Source of the DNA: Octopus vulgaris
Taxonomy: Eukaryota
Assembly (NCBI GenBank): GCA_951406725.2
Contig: OX597816.1
Coordinates: forward strand, 37,014,001 to 37,078,000
Reading direction: 5' to 3'
Length of the DNA stretch: 64,000 nucleotides
The position numbers and the translations under genes are program-made. Of the stretch, positions 25,629-40,207 are shown one piece after another (position 1 is the first letter of the stretch; the number at the start of each line of letters is the position of its first letter). The notes beneath the pieces are model-generated. The model was not told the origin of the DNA. It worked only from the letters and a program-made list of their open reading frames with translations, and ran no database searches.

Positions 25629-27448
25629 GCACACAAAAATATGTGTGTGAGTGACGGATTTCCAAACAGTTTCCGTCTATCAAATTCACACCTTATCAAC
25701 AATCTCTAATGTGTTCCCTACAATCCTGTTGGCCCTAAGCCATGCCATGCAAAATAGTTATCCCTCATACTTGGACGGGGGTTCCCATACAATAAATGCC
25801 AGACACTAGAGGTTTGGTGGGGATGTAATTATTTCAAAATGTATCATTGCATTTGAATGTCACTGTTGAACAGGCAATATCGCATTTTCTCCTGTAGTCT
25901 CCACCTTTGTATTATCATATTCACTCGCTCTCAAACATCGTTTAGTTACTCCAAAATTAAATACATGAATATATGATCAATATTTATGTATATATATATA
26001 TATGACCATACAGATAAATTTGTATGATAAATTGCAGAAGAAAAAAATTACAAGTTTAATGTATTTCAATAAGTTTACACAAATAACTTTGGAAAGATTT
26101 AGAATTTCAAAATAAAGTAATTCATTTTATATTTCTTGGTGAACATGACAGCTTGTCTTTTATAAACTCTGGTAAATATGATTTAATGACCCGATAAAAT
26201 TTACAGATGTAGCTATTTGTCTTCTTTGTTACAGTCTTTATATAAACATCCTCTTCAAAGAAATGAAGTGTACTTCGTTTAAATTCTACTGCATCTAAGT
26301 AAACAGAAGCGTTTCTGTTAGAATATGCCATGGACCAGACTTTATACTTAGCAGACGTTTTTATTCGTATCTTCTTTCATTGCAGTCATTGATAAATTTT
26401 ATACAACCACTTATACTACTCTATATAACCAACATATTCTGGATGGCTTTGCAGGAAATCTTTTTGGTATTTGCTTTACCTTTTCACTCACATCACCTTG
26501 TCCATAAAGCAGAGTTAAGTTTATCTGTCATAATAAGAAATGATTTGATAAATTCAGCCATGGACATAACTATAATGAACCGATACAGGTGAATAATTTC
26601 TCTTTACGGTCTATAAGAATGACAAATCCCCTTCCTCTGGAATCTTTCTAGCAACAGAACTATAAACTAACGAAGTGTTTGGTAACTTGTATTACGTAAG
26701 GGAAACTGTTTCACTCCCGAGTATTACTTGTTGAGCGATGCCCTTCTCACTTAACGGTCGTGGTTAGAGAGATATTGCAACTCTGGTGACAATGTACGAA
26801 CTTGCAAAGTTTCAGCCAGCTAGCCGGGTGTTATTGAATCTGTCGTGTTGAAGCAGGGGCGAAAACTAACCTGGACTGCATTAATGATGCAGCATCCCTT
26901 TTAAGAGTTTGAATCGATTAGATCTACCCGCTTAATTTATCATATAAACAAACAATTGCTCGACTATTTGTCCGATATTCTATCGTCTTTCAACATCGTA
27001 AGTGATGTTTAGATTTAATCGAGAGAGAATCAAAAACAACTTTTCTGAGGTCAACAAGACAGCAGAAATCAACATTAATAACTCATAAGCAATGCATAAC
27101 GTAATCAACGTAAAACGAATAATAGATGTGTCTGAAATCTCGTTTTTGAAGGTACATGTATTAAATCGCTTTATCTCACTTTATATATAAGAAAGCACTT
27201 TACTATAGTTACATTATTGAACCATTTTACGGCTGTCATTTGTATTGAACCACTTTACCTCACTTCCATATATCAAAACCAATTTATTGCAGTTGCATAT
27301 ATTAAACGACTTCACTATATATAACGTACTAAACGACATCTGAGCAGTTACATAAATTTAAAACTCAAGTCAGTTATATATATATATATGTGTGTATGTG
27401 TGTGTGTGTGTGTGTATGCATGTATGTATGCAATGCATACTATGCATG

Positions 27449-27547
<99 letters not shown>

Positions 27548-27569
27548 ATGTATGTATATATGTATCTAC

Positions 27570-27912
27570 TGAGATACCTTTCGGTCAAGACTGACCATGG
27601 AATTACACTTAGAAAGTTACCCTCCCAGTAACAAGTTCGGGCAAGTTTTTTTGTTATGGAGGGCCAACAGTCACCCATGCATACCATGCCTCCCCATTCC
27701 ATGCCACCAGTGTTATCCAAGGGAAAGGGAAAAGGGCCGATACATCTTGGCACCTGTGACGTCGCAACTTATTAACTACAGCTGAGTGAACTGGAGCAAC
27801 GTGAAATAAAGTGTATTGCTGAAGAAGAGCACAACACACAGCCTACTCCGGGCTAGAACTCACAACCTCACGACCGTAAGCTCGACTCTCTAACCACCAA
27901 TCCATGCACCTT
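27570..27912 (-). mobile_element. tRNA-derived SINE (family D-related)
   Basis: Shares cagctgagtg.actggagcaacgtgaaat.aagtg with 63088-63329; tRNA-like head near 27850-27912. Confidence 0.75.
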
Positions 27913-27915
27913 CAT

Positions 27916-27977
<62 letters not shown>

Positions 27978-28138
27978 ATCACGTGACCGACCAGACCATC
28001 AGATGTTGTTACACATCGCTGGTCACACGCAGCCTACTCCGGGCTAGAACTCACAGCCTCACGACCGTAAGCTCGACTCTCTAACCACCAATCCATGCAC
28101 CTTCATACACACACACCCACACACACACACACACACAC

Positions 28139-28171
<33 letters not shown>

Positions 28172-28176
<5 letters not shown>

Positions 28177-28472
28177 ATCACGTGACCGACCAGACCATCA
28201 GATGTTGTTACACATCGCTGGTCACAATGCGTTCGCATTGTTTTAGCTTTCGAACGACGCCATCCCGCTGGCTAAGCGAGCAGGCCAACAGAAGAAAGAG
28301 TGGGAGAAAGACTGGTGAAAGAGTACGGCAGGGATCACCACCCCCTGCCGGAGCCTCGTGGAGCTTTTAGGTGTTTTTCGCTCAATAAACACTCACAACG
28401 CCCGGTCTGGGAATCGAAACCGCGATCCTACGACCGCGAGTCCGCTGCTCTAACCACTAGGCCATTGCGCCT

Positions 28473-28475
<3 letters not shown>
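28172..28475 (-). mobile_element. SINE family B copy
   Basis: Reverse-complement match to 4501-4790. Confidence 0.9.
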
Positions 28476-28568
<93 letters not shown>

Positions 28569-30071
28569 GTATGTATGACAACATTTTATAAATAAAATTT
28601 GGAAGGTTCGAATGTGGTTGATATTTTACAAGCAAGAAAGAACGTCAAACGCAGTAAAGCTGTAAAGACAGCAGAGAAATATTGGGTACTCACCGTTATA
28701 AGACTGAAAAATCAATCAGGGAGCCGTTTAGTTTAACCCCTTCACTCCTAATTGAACCCATGTATCCCAAGAAAAATTCTTTAATACTAAAGTGAATTTT
28801 CTTCATTTAGAATGGCTTGTGGTGGGACAAATCAGGGTTACAACGCAAGGAGTAGTAGGGAAAAAGTTCCCTTGTCCAGAAACGATTCGCTTTTATAACA
28901 AATGTATGGGTTGGAGTATATCGCTCTGATCAAATGGTGACATTGAATGATCATGATCGAAAAAATAGAAAATGGTGGACTAAAGTGTTCTTCAAGCTTC
29001 TGATGTCAGCTTTTTATAAATAACAATTATGCTATTCACTCTAAAATTCACCATACGAAACCACAATTTTTAAATTTCTTAGTAAAAATAGGTGAACGTT
29101 TGATCGAGACAGGAAGCTGGAATTTTCTAGAAAAGAGTATGAGGTCTTTCGGTCGCCTTCTAAGACTTCAAAGTTGATTTCGAATGTAGGTCAACATATG
29201 ACAGTAAAACTAAAGAATCGCAGAAGATGTAATGACTAGATGTACTTCGAGGAACAAAGAAAGGAAGATCCAATACATTTGCCAGAAATGCAACATTCTT
29301 TTATGCATTGATGAATGTTTTACAGTAAATCACACATAACATGTATTTATAAACCATGGTTGTTCTCGTAAATACTATTCGAGAAAAGGTATATATTCAT
29401 TTGTTAGTATGATATAATACAAAAATTATATAATTACATGATAATTATATGAGGAAAGAAGTTTATTATTTCATAAGTATTATTTGGAAGAGTTCATTAT
29501 ATATATTATTTTATAAGTGTTAATACAATTATCGTAATTATAATAATAAAAGAATTGTAATTATAATAAATATTATATGAGAAAATTGTAATTTATAATA
29601 AATATTATATGAGAAAGCAATTATAGCTTCATATTGTGTTTGAAATAAACTTTAAGATTTATTTCATTTTCCATTCCGTAATTTTCTGAACTTGCTCAAC
29701 GTACATGTGAAATACCGTTGGGATAGGTTAGTCCCAAGTTTTTGTTCGTTAGAATACTATTGGGACATTTTTGCCCCAAGTTCGAAAATTATATTTAGTG
29801 ATAAAATAAGTTTAGATTTTAATTATGGTAGATAATAAAGGTCTAAAGAAACGGAAAATGTAAAAAAATAAAATGAAATAAAATAAAAACCGATTGTGCA
29901 AAAGTCGGAGCGAAAGGGTTAGCACACTCAGAAGTTATCTGAGGTGGACGAGTTCGAGTTCGATAGCCACCTACTGACAACTATTTTTTTTCCAGTCTTA
30001 TAAGGGTAAATACCCGATCTTTCTCTGCTATGTTTGTTGCGTTCGTAATTTCCTATCTTGTCTGCAATATA

Positions 30072-30405
30072 TTGGATCATCCCATAAATAATGCGATTTT
30101 TCTATACCTCTTTTAGTTTTCAAAATTAAGATAAAGTTCTATTTTAATCTAAAATATACTCTCCTTCATTTTCAGCAATGCTCTTTCATCTGTCTCGTAT
30201 ACTTGCATAGCCTCTCGCTTTCAAAATTCACTTGTCCATGACGAAAAATACTCATCCAATACTCTTCTGACCTCGTCTGCAGAATTCATGGTTTTCCGTC
30301 CAAATGGTTTTGAAGAATCCGTAATAAATGATAATCAGATGGGGTAATGTCCGGCGATTATGGTGGATGGGGTATCGTTTCCCATTCAAACTGCTCCAGC
30401 CTCTG
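30072..30405 (-). mobile_element. Mariner 3' fragment (transposase C-terminus plus TIR)
   Basis: QRLEQFEWETIPHPP*SPDITPSDYHLLRILQNHLDGK (HPPYSPDLAPSDY motif); TA-flanked TIR ttggatcatcccataaataatgcg. Confidence 0.85.
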
Positions 30406-30428
30406 TGTGTGTGTGTGTGTGCGCGCGC

Positions 30429-30507
<79 letters not shown>

Positions 30508-31129
30508 CGTGCGTGTGCGTGTTATGAGTTCTGTTGATCATTAGAAACAAAAGTCGAGCTTACCACGCAGTAAGTTTGAAACCAAAACTTACTGTTCTGA
30601 AGCGAACTTCTAAAACCTACAGCCATGTCTGCACCCATACATGATAAGTATAGATGCTACTGGTATTTGAAGAACCACATTCATTATACAGAAAGCCTGT
30701 TATATTTGCTTCGTGACTAAAATATATTCAGCGGCATAAATTCCATTTCAGCGTTCCAATAACTTGTCTCATGCGGCAAGTAATTTATAAATACGTTTCA
30801 TCACCTCAAATCGAATTTACCCTTCTGATTATTATGTTATGAACAATTGTTATAGATTTGCAGCAAACAGACAAGTCAGAAATTACAATAATGTTTGAAT
30901 CTAACGTTAAATGTCAACAGAATGTGAGGACGAACGAAGAACGAATTAGATCAGAGCGAATTAGATTTTAAAATTTATCAGATCACCGTTCTTAACTTTT
31001 CGTTCAAATAGCCCGAAGATTTTACAAAACACCAGATTGCCGTTTCAGTAGTGAGTCTAAATAGCCGAAATCTTTTGCAAAATGGAAATGGCTATTCTGT
31101 TATATTTTACTCTATTTCTCTTCCAATAT

Positions 31130-31390
31130 GCAATATTATGTTCAACAAGAAATTGGATAGGTGACGGGATCTAATTATATGAACTGAATCTTCAAATAGC
31201 GATGTAGTAACTGAGCGAAGATTTTGATGTTTGTATTATTTAGAATGTGTGGATATTACAATATTTTAATTTACATTTCGCGTCTATATTTGCTTTGCGA
31301 GATTCTTGATGTAAAACCGTGCGTTGAAACACCGATTGCTGCCCCATTTTCTTGCATATAGAGTTTATCATTAAATATGAACATCTGATC
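31130..31390 (-). mobile_element. Decayed Penelope-like RT fragment
   Basis: MFIFNDKLYMQENGAAIG resembles the PLE RT motif F.FN...Y.Q..G.AMG. Confidence 0.5.
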
Positions 31391-31517
31391 ACACCGCACA
31401 CGTACCCGGGCGCACACGCCTAGGCACGCACGTGCATACACACACACACACACACACAAACTTACAGAATCCACACCATGCCACGCAAGCACGCACAGCA
31501 AATACACACAGTCTTTC

Positions 31518-31561
<44 letters not shown>

Positions 31562-32667
31562 TTTCTCTTTCTTTCACAGATACACGCGCGTGCACGCATT
31601 GTTCACACAGACACTCTTGCACAACACTCTCACACACTCTTCCTATATATATTTCTCTCTCTTTCTCTCTCTCACTCTCTCTTGCACACACATGTATTCT
31701 CAATGATGGCCATAAATATAAATATAGAATTTGTAAACTAGAAGGCGAACGGATATGGATTAGAGAGGCCATATCATTGAAGAGGTCACGAATTACAACG
31801 AACGGACTCTGGCGAACCTAACTAATTGGCAGATTTATTAAACGATTAATCAAGCATTCCCTAGTTAGCTAATAATAACTAGATAATGATGAATAATAAG
31901 GAAGTGAAATAGAACCAGTGTGTGTGTGTATTCATTATTGTGATAATGTCCATCTGTATTTTCATACCCTAAACTACATCAATGTATCTCATCTCAAGGA
32001 ACAAGTATATAAGTATACATATTTATCGTCTTTTACTGTATGAAAAGAAATATTTAGAACAGTAATAATATATTTTGAAGTTTCATTATTCTAAAACGAT
32101 ATTCACATAAAAATCCTACAGGTGAGAAAACTGTAAATCACAAATGTTTATTCGTGACTATTTTAATAAACATACCGTATGAGTATATTTTTATTGGAAA
32201 AAAGTTTCGTTTCAAGAAGAATACGTAAATCACGCATGTGAATTTCTAAAAAGAATCTAGCAGAATTTTAGTGAAAACATGCTAAGAGAAATAATTTCAT
32301 TAGATAAAATACTTTTAAATATTTCCCCTCGAAACATACCCTAATTCTCTAAACGAACAAACTTTTTCGTTTATTGAGTGTAACTTGGAGGGAAAATGCA
32401 ACTTTGCAAAAGGAAAAATGCAATTTTGCAAAAAATTTTCCGAATATCTGCAATGTATTTAAGCTTTCGAGAGATTTAATACGGTGGAGACAATTTACAT
32501 GGAATATTATACACTATAGTGTCACAATCATTTTTGTCATTTGAAATTAATAATAATAAATTATTGTAGTTATAGGTTTTATTTCAAATCGGTGTGTACA
32601 ATATTTATAATGTATTACAAACGTACAAGGACACTGTAATATTTTCTTCCAGAGAAACCTTCCAAAG

Positions 32668-32990
32668 AGGCGGCGAGCTGGCAGAAACGTTTGCACAACG
32701 GGCGAAATGCTTAGTGGTGTTTCGTCTGCCGCTACGTTCTTAATCCGTTTGTCTGCCCTTGTTTGTCCTCTCTGTGTTTAGCCCCTTGTGGGTAGTAAAG
32801 AAATAGGTATTTCGTCTACCGGTACGTTCTGAGTTCAAATTCCGCCGAGGTGGACTTTGCCTTTCATCCTTTCGAGGTCGATTAAATAAGTACCAGTTAC
32901 GCATTGGAGTCAATATAATCGACTTAATCCGTTTGTCTGAACTTGTTTGTCCCCTCTGTGTGTAGCCCCTTGTGGGCGGTAAAGAAATAA
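32668..32990 (+). mobile_element. SINE family A dimer (first unit internally deleted)
   Basis: Head joined directly to tail, followed by a second core and tail. Confidence 0.85.
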
Positions 32991-33689
32991 GAATCCTTCC
33001 AAAGAGACTTATGCATTCAAATCAAAGGCTTCGCGCAGGAAACTGGTGGTTTGCCAGATATTCTGTTTCCCTTAATTGTCATCATCAATGACAAATAGCC
33101 GAGACTTTCTGAGCTACAGAAATCCGTATAGAAATCGGTAAACTAAATACTTTTTGATTTGTGCGAAAGTTTGCCAGACTAGAATTCAGATATTTTTGTT
33201 TCCAGTAGAAATATCTTTGCCATTAGTTACAGTCCTGAGTAGTAAAAATCAATAGAGGCGCGGATAAAATAGTTATGCTGTTTTATATTCTGAGTTCAAA
33301 TTTTGCCCAGTTCTAAGTGGTTTTGCTGCCTTCCAGTGTCAATAAAATAATTCCCAAGTGAAGTCAGGAGCTATATATGGCTACACCATTTTCCCCAGTT
33401 TTTGGCGGAGCACACATATTGTAATCTATACTGAATCACTGCACAGCTCAGGATGGAAGAACTGAAGTTTCAGAATGGACAGTAATGTTAATTCCCTTCT
33501 ATTAATGATTTTTTTTTTAAATAAGGATTCTAAAGATCTATCAATTTTCCATGACACAATACTGAATTTGGGTACATCTAAAGTATTCAGTAGAGTCCAC
33601 TATTGCAACTCAGTGGCATTCCAAGCGCTGCCAAATTTGCTCTCATCTTCAGAAAACGCTTTCCCTTAGAGTATTAGAAAAAAAGATGA

Positions 33690-34090
33690 TGACCCCTGTA
33701 AAGTACTTGATATCACGAACTAGGTTCAGAAAGGGTGATTTATTACTTTCGCCATTTCTCTCCAGCACGTTTTCATTGGAAACTCGATGTCTTGAGAATA
33801 TTCTGCACACGGTAGGATACCACAGATCAGTAGAATCGAATTTGAATGACATCATCATGGAATTTGGGACCGAGAAATGTAGTGTAATGTTTCTCAAAAG
33901 GGGGGGAAATCGGTAAAAGCCATGGGATCAAACTGGAAAGTGGTAAAACTATAAAAGAAGTCAAAGAGGAAGGATATAAGTACCTGAGTATCATTGAAAG
34001 AGATAAGATGAATGAACACAAAATGTAAGAAATGCACAGGAAAGTGTATTCGAGGAGAACGTGGCTTGTGCTCCAATCGAAGCTAAATAA
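33690..34090 (+). mobile_element. Decayed R4/Dong-like RT fragment
   Basis: FRKGDLLLSP, DIIMEFGTEKCSVM, GYKYLSIIE remnants. Confidence 0.7.
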
Positions 34091-35079
34091 CCGCTATTCC
34101 AAATAACAAACTCTTTCAAATAACAAACTAATTCCAAATAACAAACTGTTCCAAATATCACATTTATAAAAGCACTGACTCGCCATAGTGTAGGATATGC
34201 TCTGGGAAGGGAGAAAGTATAAGTCATATTGTGTGTCTGTGGTGTATGTGCGAGCGTGTACACTCTTTAAAAGTGTGATAAAAGACACAATACGTTACCA
34301 GATGATTTGGATTCGGTGACCAATTCCACATATCATTCCTGTATTCCATATGATGTTTTGAAAAGAGCCATCGTATCGTAGGAAAGGCTACTGTGCTATG
34401 TCCGAGCTACGTTACATCGCATTACAAACGCAGAAAACATAACTAGTATTTTTAAACCTAATATAATATATGCACCTTTCCGAAATCTAACCGACGCGCT
34501 TAAGAATATCCGTCGTATGTAGTAGAAGCCATCTATGTAACATACTTAATATAACAACATTGTTGAAAGAGAACTTCTGTGGTATTCGACCAGCGATAAC
34601 ATCTTTTATTAATATGGTGTATTTAAAGACACAATATATATCTGTGAGAGACGGAAATCTCTCACACACACACACACATACATACATACATACATACATA
34701 CATACATACATACATACATACATACATACATACATACATACATACATACACCAGTCAGATGCTTTCGGACATATACCACAGTAAATTGTCCGTCAACTAT
34801 ATATTCATATTAAATATGATACATATGGCTATTTTAATTTAATACTGGTTCTACTGCGTGCTACGGATTTCTGTTTAGCAGGAGAGCTGTTCACAATAGG
34901 AGTGAATGTTTATTCACTGTTTTCTATATATTGGAGGCGGTAAATCTTGTCTATGCATATGGCTGGCTGTGAGTATACGTCATTGACAAAGCCCAACGCG
35001 ACTGAATGTTTCGGTCTATTCTGTAAGGGTTGATTTGGTTACTGTCAGTGCGTTCTCTAGTATTCTTATTTTAGATCTT

Positions 35080-35700
35080 TAGTATCTTGCATGATAAATG
35101 CGATGTTTGTTTGTTTTATCTTTTCATAGACTGCCGTTAGTCATCAATTCCTTGATAGTAAACTGCATGGCTGCTAAGCCACAATACCACATTAGAAGCT
35201 TCCGCACATATTCTAGGATGAAAAAAAAAAATTCTCTGAGTATCAACAGATGCAAATTTTATCGATATTCATTTTCCCAGGCAAAGCAGGCAGCCTGAAT
35301 ATTTTGTCTGCTTTTCTTAGCATAATAAATGAAGCTCCAAATCATTTGAAGTTGATTCATTCAGATTGAGAGTTCAGGGAACTCATACTTTTGAAAGGAC
35401 ATGCATATGAGTTCATTACTTTGAGAAGTATTATCGGATGGATCCAATCAATTGATAATGGTCTCTTTTCCCTCAGGCATCAGTGGACATTCTGCTAACA
35501 ACAGCTTTTATATTAACATTCCTTCTTCAATAAGCTTACCAGCATTCCTTGAAGCAACAAATTTAGCAACAATCTCAGAACATCAGAATAATCTTTGTAA
35601 ATTGTGTGAGATATTTTTATTGCTTAATCACTTCTTCGTGTTGGCTTTAGCACCGATATCTCGACACCTTTGCGTGTCGATTTCGAAAGGTTGAACTGAA
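35080..35700 (-). mobile_element. Possible highly decayed Helitron (Pif1-type) helicase remnant
   Basis: Faint motifs only: ..IMLRK, QFTIK..MTN..GQS-like across frameshifts. Confidence 0.25.
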
Positions 35701-38700
35701 ATTCACGTCCAAGTGGAAGTGGTTTGTCAGAGACTGAATTTATAGGATGTCTTCAAAATAGCTCGAATAGCGTCTGTGTAAACGACTTTAACGTTCTTCT
35801 TTGGATATTTTAGTATCTGATATTTAATGTGTGTAAAATTATGTTGCATATCATGTATTTTGACCTCTTTGATACTTTGTACTGAAGAGATTCGATTAAT
35901 CCGAAGCAGCAACATACGGATATTCTGAACTCTAAAATTGATAGTTTAAATGGGAAGAAAAGAAAAATATTTAAAGAATCAACTAAATAAACGTATGTAG
36001 ATTATACTTCTTTCCATTTATTTCACTGGTGAGTAAAGGAAATTGACTCCTATCAAAACAGTTCTTTCTTTTGCAATAGAAAAGAGCAACCAATAAAGTA
36101 ACATATGTATGTGAGTGAGTGAGTGAGTGGGTGGATGGGTGTGTGGGTGAGAGAGTGAGTGACTGAGTGAGTCAGTGGGTGAGAGAGTGAGTGACTGAGA
36201 GAGTAAGAGAGAGTGAGTGAGTGTATGTGCATGTATGCGAGAGGGAGAGGGAGAGAGAAAGAGAGAGAGAGAGTGGATGTGTCTGTGTTTATATATACAT
36301 CTATTATATCTGTGTGTCTACATCCACTCTCAGAATTTTAAATATTTTCTGTTTATGTTGCAAATGATGTAATTATTATCAATATAAATGGTCACTGAGC
36401 ACCTTTTGGGTGATTCCTTCTGATATTACTAGATGAAGAATATTTTTTGCTCTGCCATCAAAACTATTAGCATATTTAGAACTCCGACTTACGACCTGAG
36501 GTGGTATATGTGTTGACACATTGTCTTGAATTGTGTTTATTTCTGCACTGAGTTCTTCCTCGAATTTCAAAATAGCCTCAGAAATAGTATTATGTGATGG
36601 TTTCTAATACGGTGTTAACAGGAACCTCTGTAACGTAAACACACAAATTATTTTCCAACAGAAAAAATTATTTAGAAAAAACACAATTCCAAAATCAAAC
36701 ACACATACAGGAGCTGCAAGCATAAACAAATGAAATTGTTCAACGAAAATATGAAGAAAACAATACTGCGGAAAATATTAATTTGAAAGGAAGAAAAATA
36801 GCATACACCAACGCCATAAAAAGAATATTTCATCTTTTTCAAACGGTGTGGATCAAAAATATTCTCTATATGAAGCAACGTAAACTTCAGGAAAATAAGC
36901 TACGTTTTTGGCTGTGGAATTTATATAAGTGGAATGAGGAATATGAGATGTCTATATTTTCCCCAAATGATAGAAAGTGTTTCGAATTGCCGCTAGGAAA
37001 AGAACTGGTTTTTGTCTTTCACTAAGTATGGAAGAACTTATACACCATCAAAACAGGCAGGGCATACCGAAGCGTAGTGAATATCATCTTTAAGCCCAGA
37101 TGCCAGACTAGCAAAAGTAATGCATCACAGGCTATCACACAGTAATTTCCAGCAATATATGATTCTAAAGAATACATGGATTGTAGCTTGAGACATGAGT
37201 ACAATATCTCTGCGATTTTATGTGACGCAGGAGATACGAAAATTGTAATTTCTTTAACAAACTCCTAGACTGCATCGCAAACTTTCGTTTTTTCGTAATT
37301 TTATGTTCAGTTTCAGTTTTTTGTTTGTTTGTTTTTTTTGTAATTTTTTGCATTTCATGCCCGTTTGAACATTTCACAAGACTTTATTCATTAAGACTTA
37401 TTAAAACTTCTGTCGTTAAATGTTTTGTCGTCGTAATGTTGTCCTGACGCAGAAATTGCCAGCTTACAAATCCTGTTTTCTGATTGGGTAAAAGTTATCA
37501 AACTTTAAACCTCTGAAGCATTTTTTAAAAACTTTTCCAATAAATAACAACAGATTTTGCATGAAAAATTACATCAATACACAAAATCAAAAATTTTCAT
37601 TTAATATTAAAATTTCAAACAGTGAAGCCAATCAGAAAACATTTAAAAGAGGTCGACTTTGCCTTTCATCCTTTCGGAGTCGATTAAATAAGTACCAGTT
37701 ACGCACTGGGATAGATGTAATCCGTTTGTCTGTCCTTGTTTACCCACTCTATATTTAGCCCCTTGTGGGCAATAAAGAAGTAAGAAAACAGTCAAAAGAT
37801 AAATTGAGAGCCGGTATGAAGCAGTAGCAGCAAAGTCGGTGATAATAGCACACCTCTGATGAATGCCATTGCCATTAATGTTTCCACTGTACTATCGGCC
37901 AAAGACCAGAAATATCAGGCAAAAACATACTCAGATCCACTGACACTATGAGTTATCAAGGTAGGGCCCAAAGCGACCGGTGGATTTCGTTATCCAGGGC
38001 AAGACTCAGCCTTAAAAAAAAACAAAATGTATAGATTCTGTCGAAATATTAAGAAAACGCTGGAAAGTATAGATGCCAACCATCTCAGAAACAACGAGGG
38101 AGCCTCTACGAATAAATAAGGTAGTAGTAACAGCTGAACCTCCCTGCCGCATTAAGTAAGTAATTGACACCTTGGATAATATAAACATACATATTCGTAA
38201 AATGACGTGGTGGTTACGATTGGTATAGTTTTGTTCTTTGTCTGATCAACCATGTTTGATCTGCAACGAAAGAAGAGTAGCAACAACCAGAAACAATGTG
38301 GATATCCAGAATATACAGATTTTTCCCCAAAAGAGTTAAAGCCTAGCATATATTTAGAACAGTTGAAAGATTCATGCAAAATATTCTCATTATTCTATAA
38401 AAGTTTACAATGGTATGCATTACTGGCGCAGGCGTGGCTATGTGGTGAGAAATTTACTTCCCAATCACACGGTCCAGGATTCAATCCCACTGGTACCTTG
38501 GTCAAGCGTCTTCCACTATAGCCCCAGGCCGACAGTGTGTGTGTATGTGTGTGTGTGTGTGTGTGTGTTTCTCTCACCACCACATCACAACTGCTGTCTT
38601 CTTCCAATCAGGACTCACGCCATTAGCCACAAAGAATAATCTCTAATTCGAGCCTACTCTAAGCTACTAAGAATGCGTGTGGCAACTTGAAGATCCACCA

Positions 38701-38889
38701 ACCACACGCGATAGACTGGCGGCTATACGGCGCGAAAGCTATGTTGTTATCCTCATTCCGTAAACGGTGGCTTTCAACGGGTGGAGAGCTGAACCATCCT
38801 GGGGTACAGAGGATTCGCAATCTAGACTAGGATCTGAAAGTTTACCACACCATAGTGGGTTACACCATGGTTCCTCTGCTTTGTGGCAG

Positions 38890-39078
38890 AAGTAGGAAGA
38901 AAGAGTGAAAGTTGTGGTGAAAGAGTACAGCGGGGTTCACCACCACCCCGCGCCGGAGCCTCGTGGTGCTTAGGTGCTTTTGCTCAATAAACATTCACAA
39001 TGCCCGGTCTGGGAATCGAAACCGTGTTCTTACGACCGCGAGTCCGCTGCCCTAACCATTGGGTCACTGCGCCTCCAC
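38890..39078 (-). mobile_element. SINE family B partial copy
   Basis: Matches the head of 28172-28475. Confidence 0.85.
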
Positions 39079-39782
39079 ACAACTGCTGATGGATATTTTG
39101 CGTTCCTGAAACATACAAAAGTATTAGTGTCGATTTTTACGACTAAACTTTTCAACGCAGTTCACCAGTAAAGCTGCAGTAAAATGATTTTAACACGTAA
39201 ATGATAAAATCATCTGATGTCAAATAAAACATTAACATGTCTTAATTTCAATAACATTACATACATTTTCTTATAACTTAAAGTTAATGAGGTTTATAAA
39301 GTATAAATATTAGGAAATAATACAAATAAGTACATCAACAATTTTTAAATAGTGTTAGTATTTTTAAAGTTATCTGATAGTGAAATTAATTTCTTATCTT
39401 CAATGCAACGCGTCTTTAATTGCAGACTTACTAATTTGACATTCTGTTTCTAAAACGTATGTTTTTCGCTGTTTGGCTAAGAATCTACAAGTTTTATAGA
39501 TTTATAAGTATTCACTTGAATATCACCGTTTTTTATGTTCTCCAATTTGATATCATAAGTGGAGATTAAATGGAATCTGGTAGGATGGGAGGTGATGTGG
39601 ACTCTAGTGGCGTTGCAAGTAGGAAACTACAAGAGGGGGCAAAATATTTCAAGCATTTGATTCACTAATCAGTTATCAATAAAACTTGATGTATTTAGCA
39701 GAATATGAAATGCAGGTGTTATAAAACACTCGTTACTAGTCAACAATATGTCATACTCTTAACATTTTGAGATCAATGTGAC

Positions 39783-40207
39783 GGTCCGTTCCAGTTCCGA
39801 GTCGACCGTTCGCCGCCGAACGAACGCCTGCCCGTGCGTCGAGGTGCGACCACCGACCCCACGCGAGGAGGAGCCGGGCCGCACTCACCGACGCGACGGC
39901 GAGCCCGAAGCCGTGTCTCTCCACGGCGTCCTGGGTGTGGAGCCGTATTGTTTGCACCCACAACGCCCCGGGCGCCTCCTATGAAACAGTGCGCCGCCAG
40001 ACGACGGTCCGACAACGCCCCGGAAGGCGCGTAGCGCGGACGCAAGAGAAGGCCCGGAATTTTCCAGGGCCGCCGAGAGCGCACCGGACGCTCCCCGAGA
40101 CGCGGCGCACTACAGGCATCATATCAGTATCTCCGGACGAGCCGATTCCACGCACGCGGTCCTTTACGAAGAAGAGAGAACTCTTCCCGGGGCTCCCGGC
40201 AACGTCT
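39783..40207 (-). pseudogene. Dispersed 28S rRNA fragment with internal deletion
   Basis: GC-rich island. Minus strand reads gggagccccgggaagagttctctcttctt..gtccggtgcgctctcggcggccctggaaaattccggg (conserved LSU core), then an expansion-segment-like tract ending cgactcggaactggaacggacc (conserved LSU helix). Confidence 0.85.

Noticed and set aside
34995-35054. Minus-strand aacgc-a-CTGACAG..GAAAc..gTC-gcgtt
   Set aside because: Core order is wrong and stem II does not pair; likely chance
35878-35920. CTGAAGA-gatt..aatc-cGAAG hammerhead-like string
   Set aside because: GAAA, stem III/UH and stem I are missing; no microsatellite context
36379-36605. Open frame on the minus strand with possible splice signals (host exon?)
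   Set aside because: No recognisable host domain or partner exons; faint resemblance to a deleted Tc1/mariner-type transposase; unsupported either way
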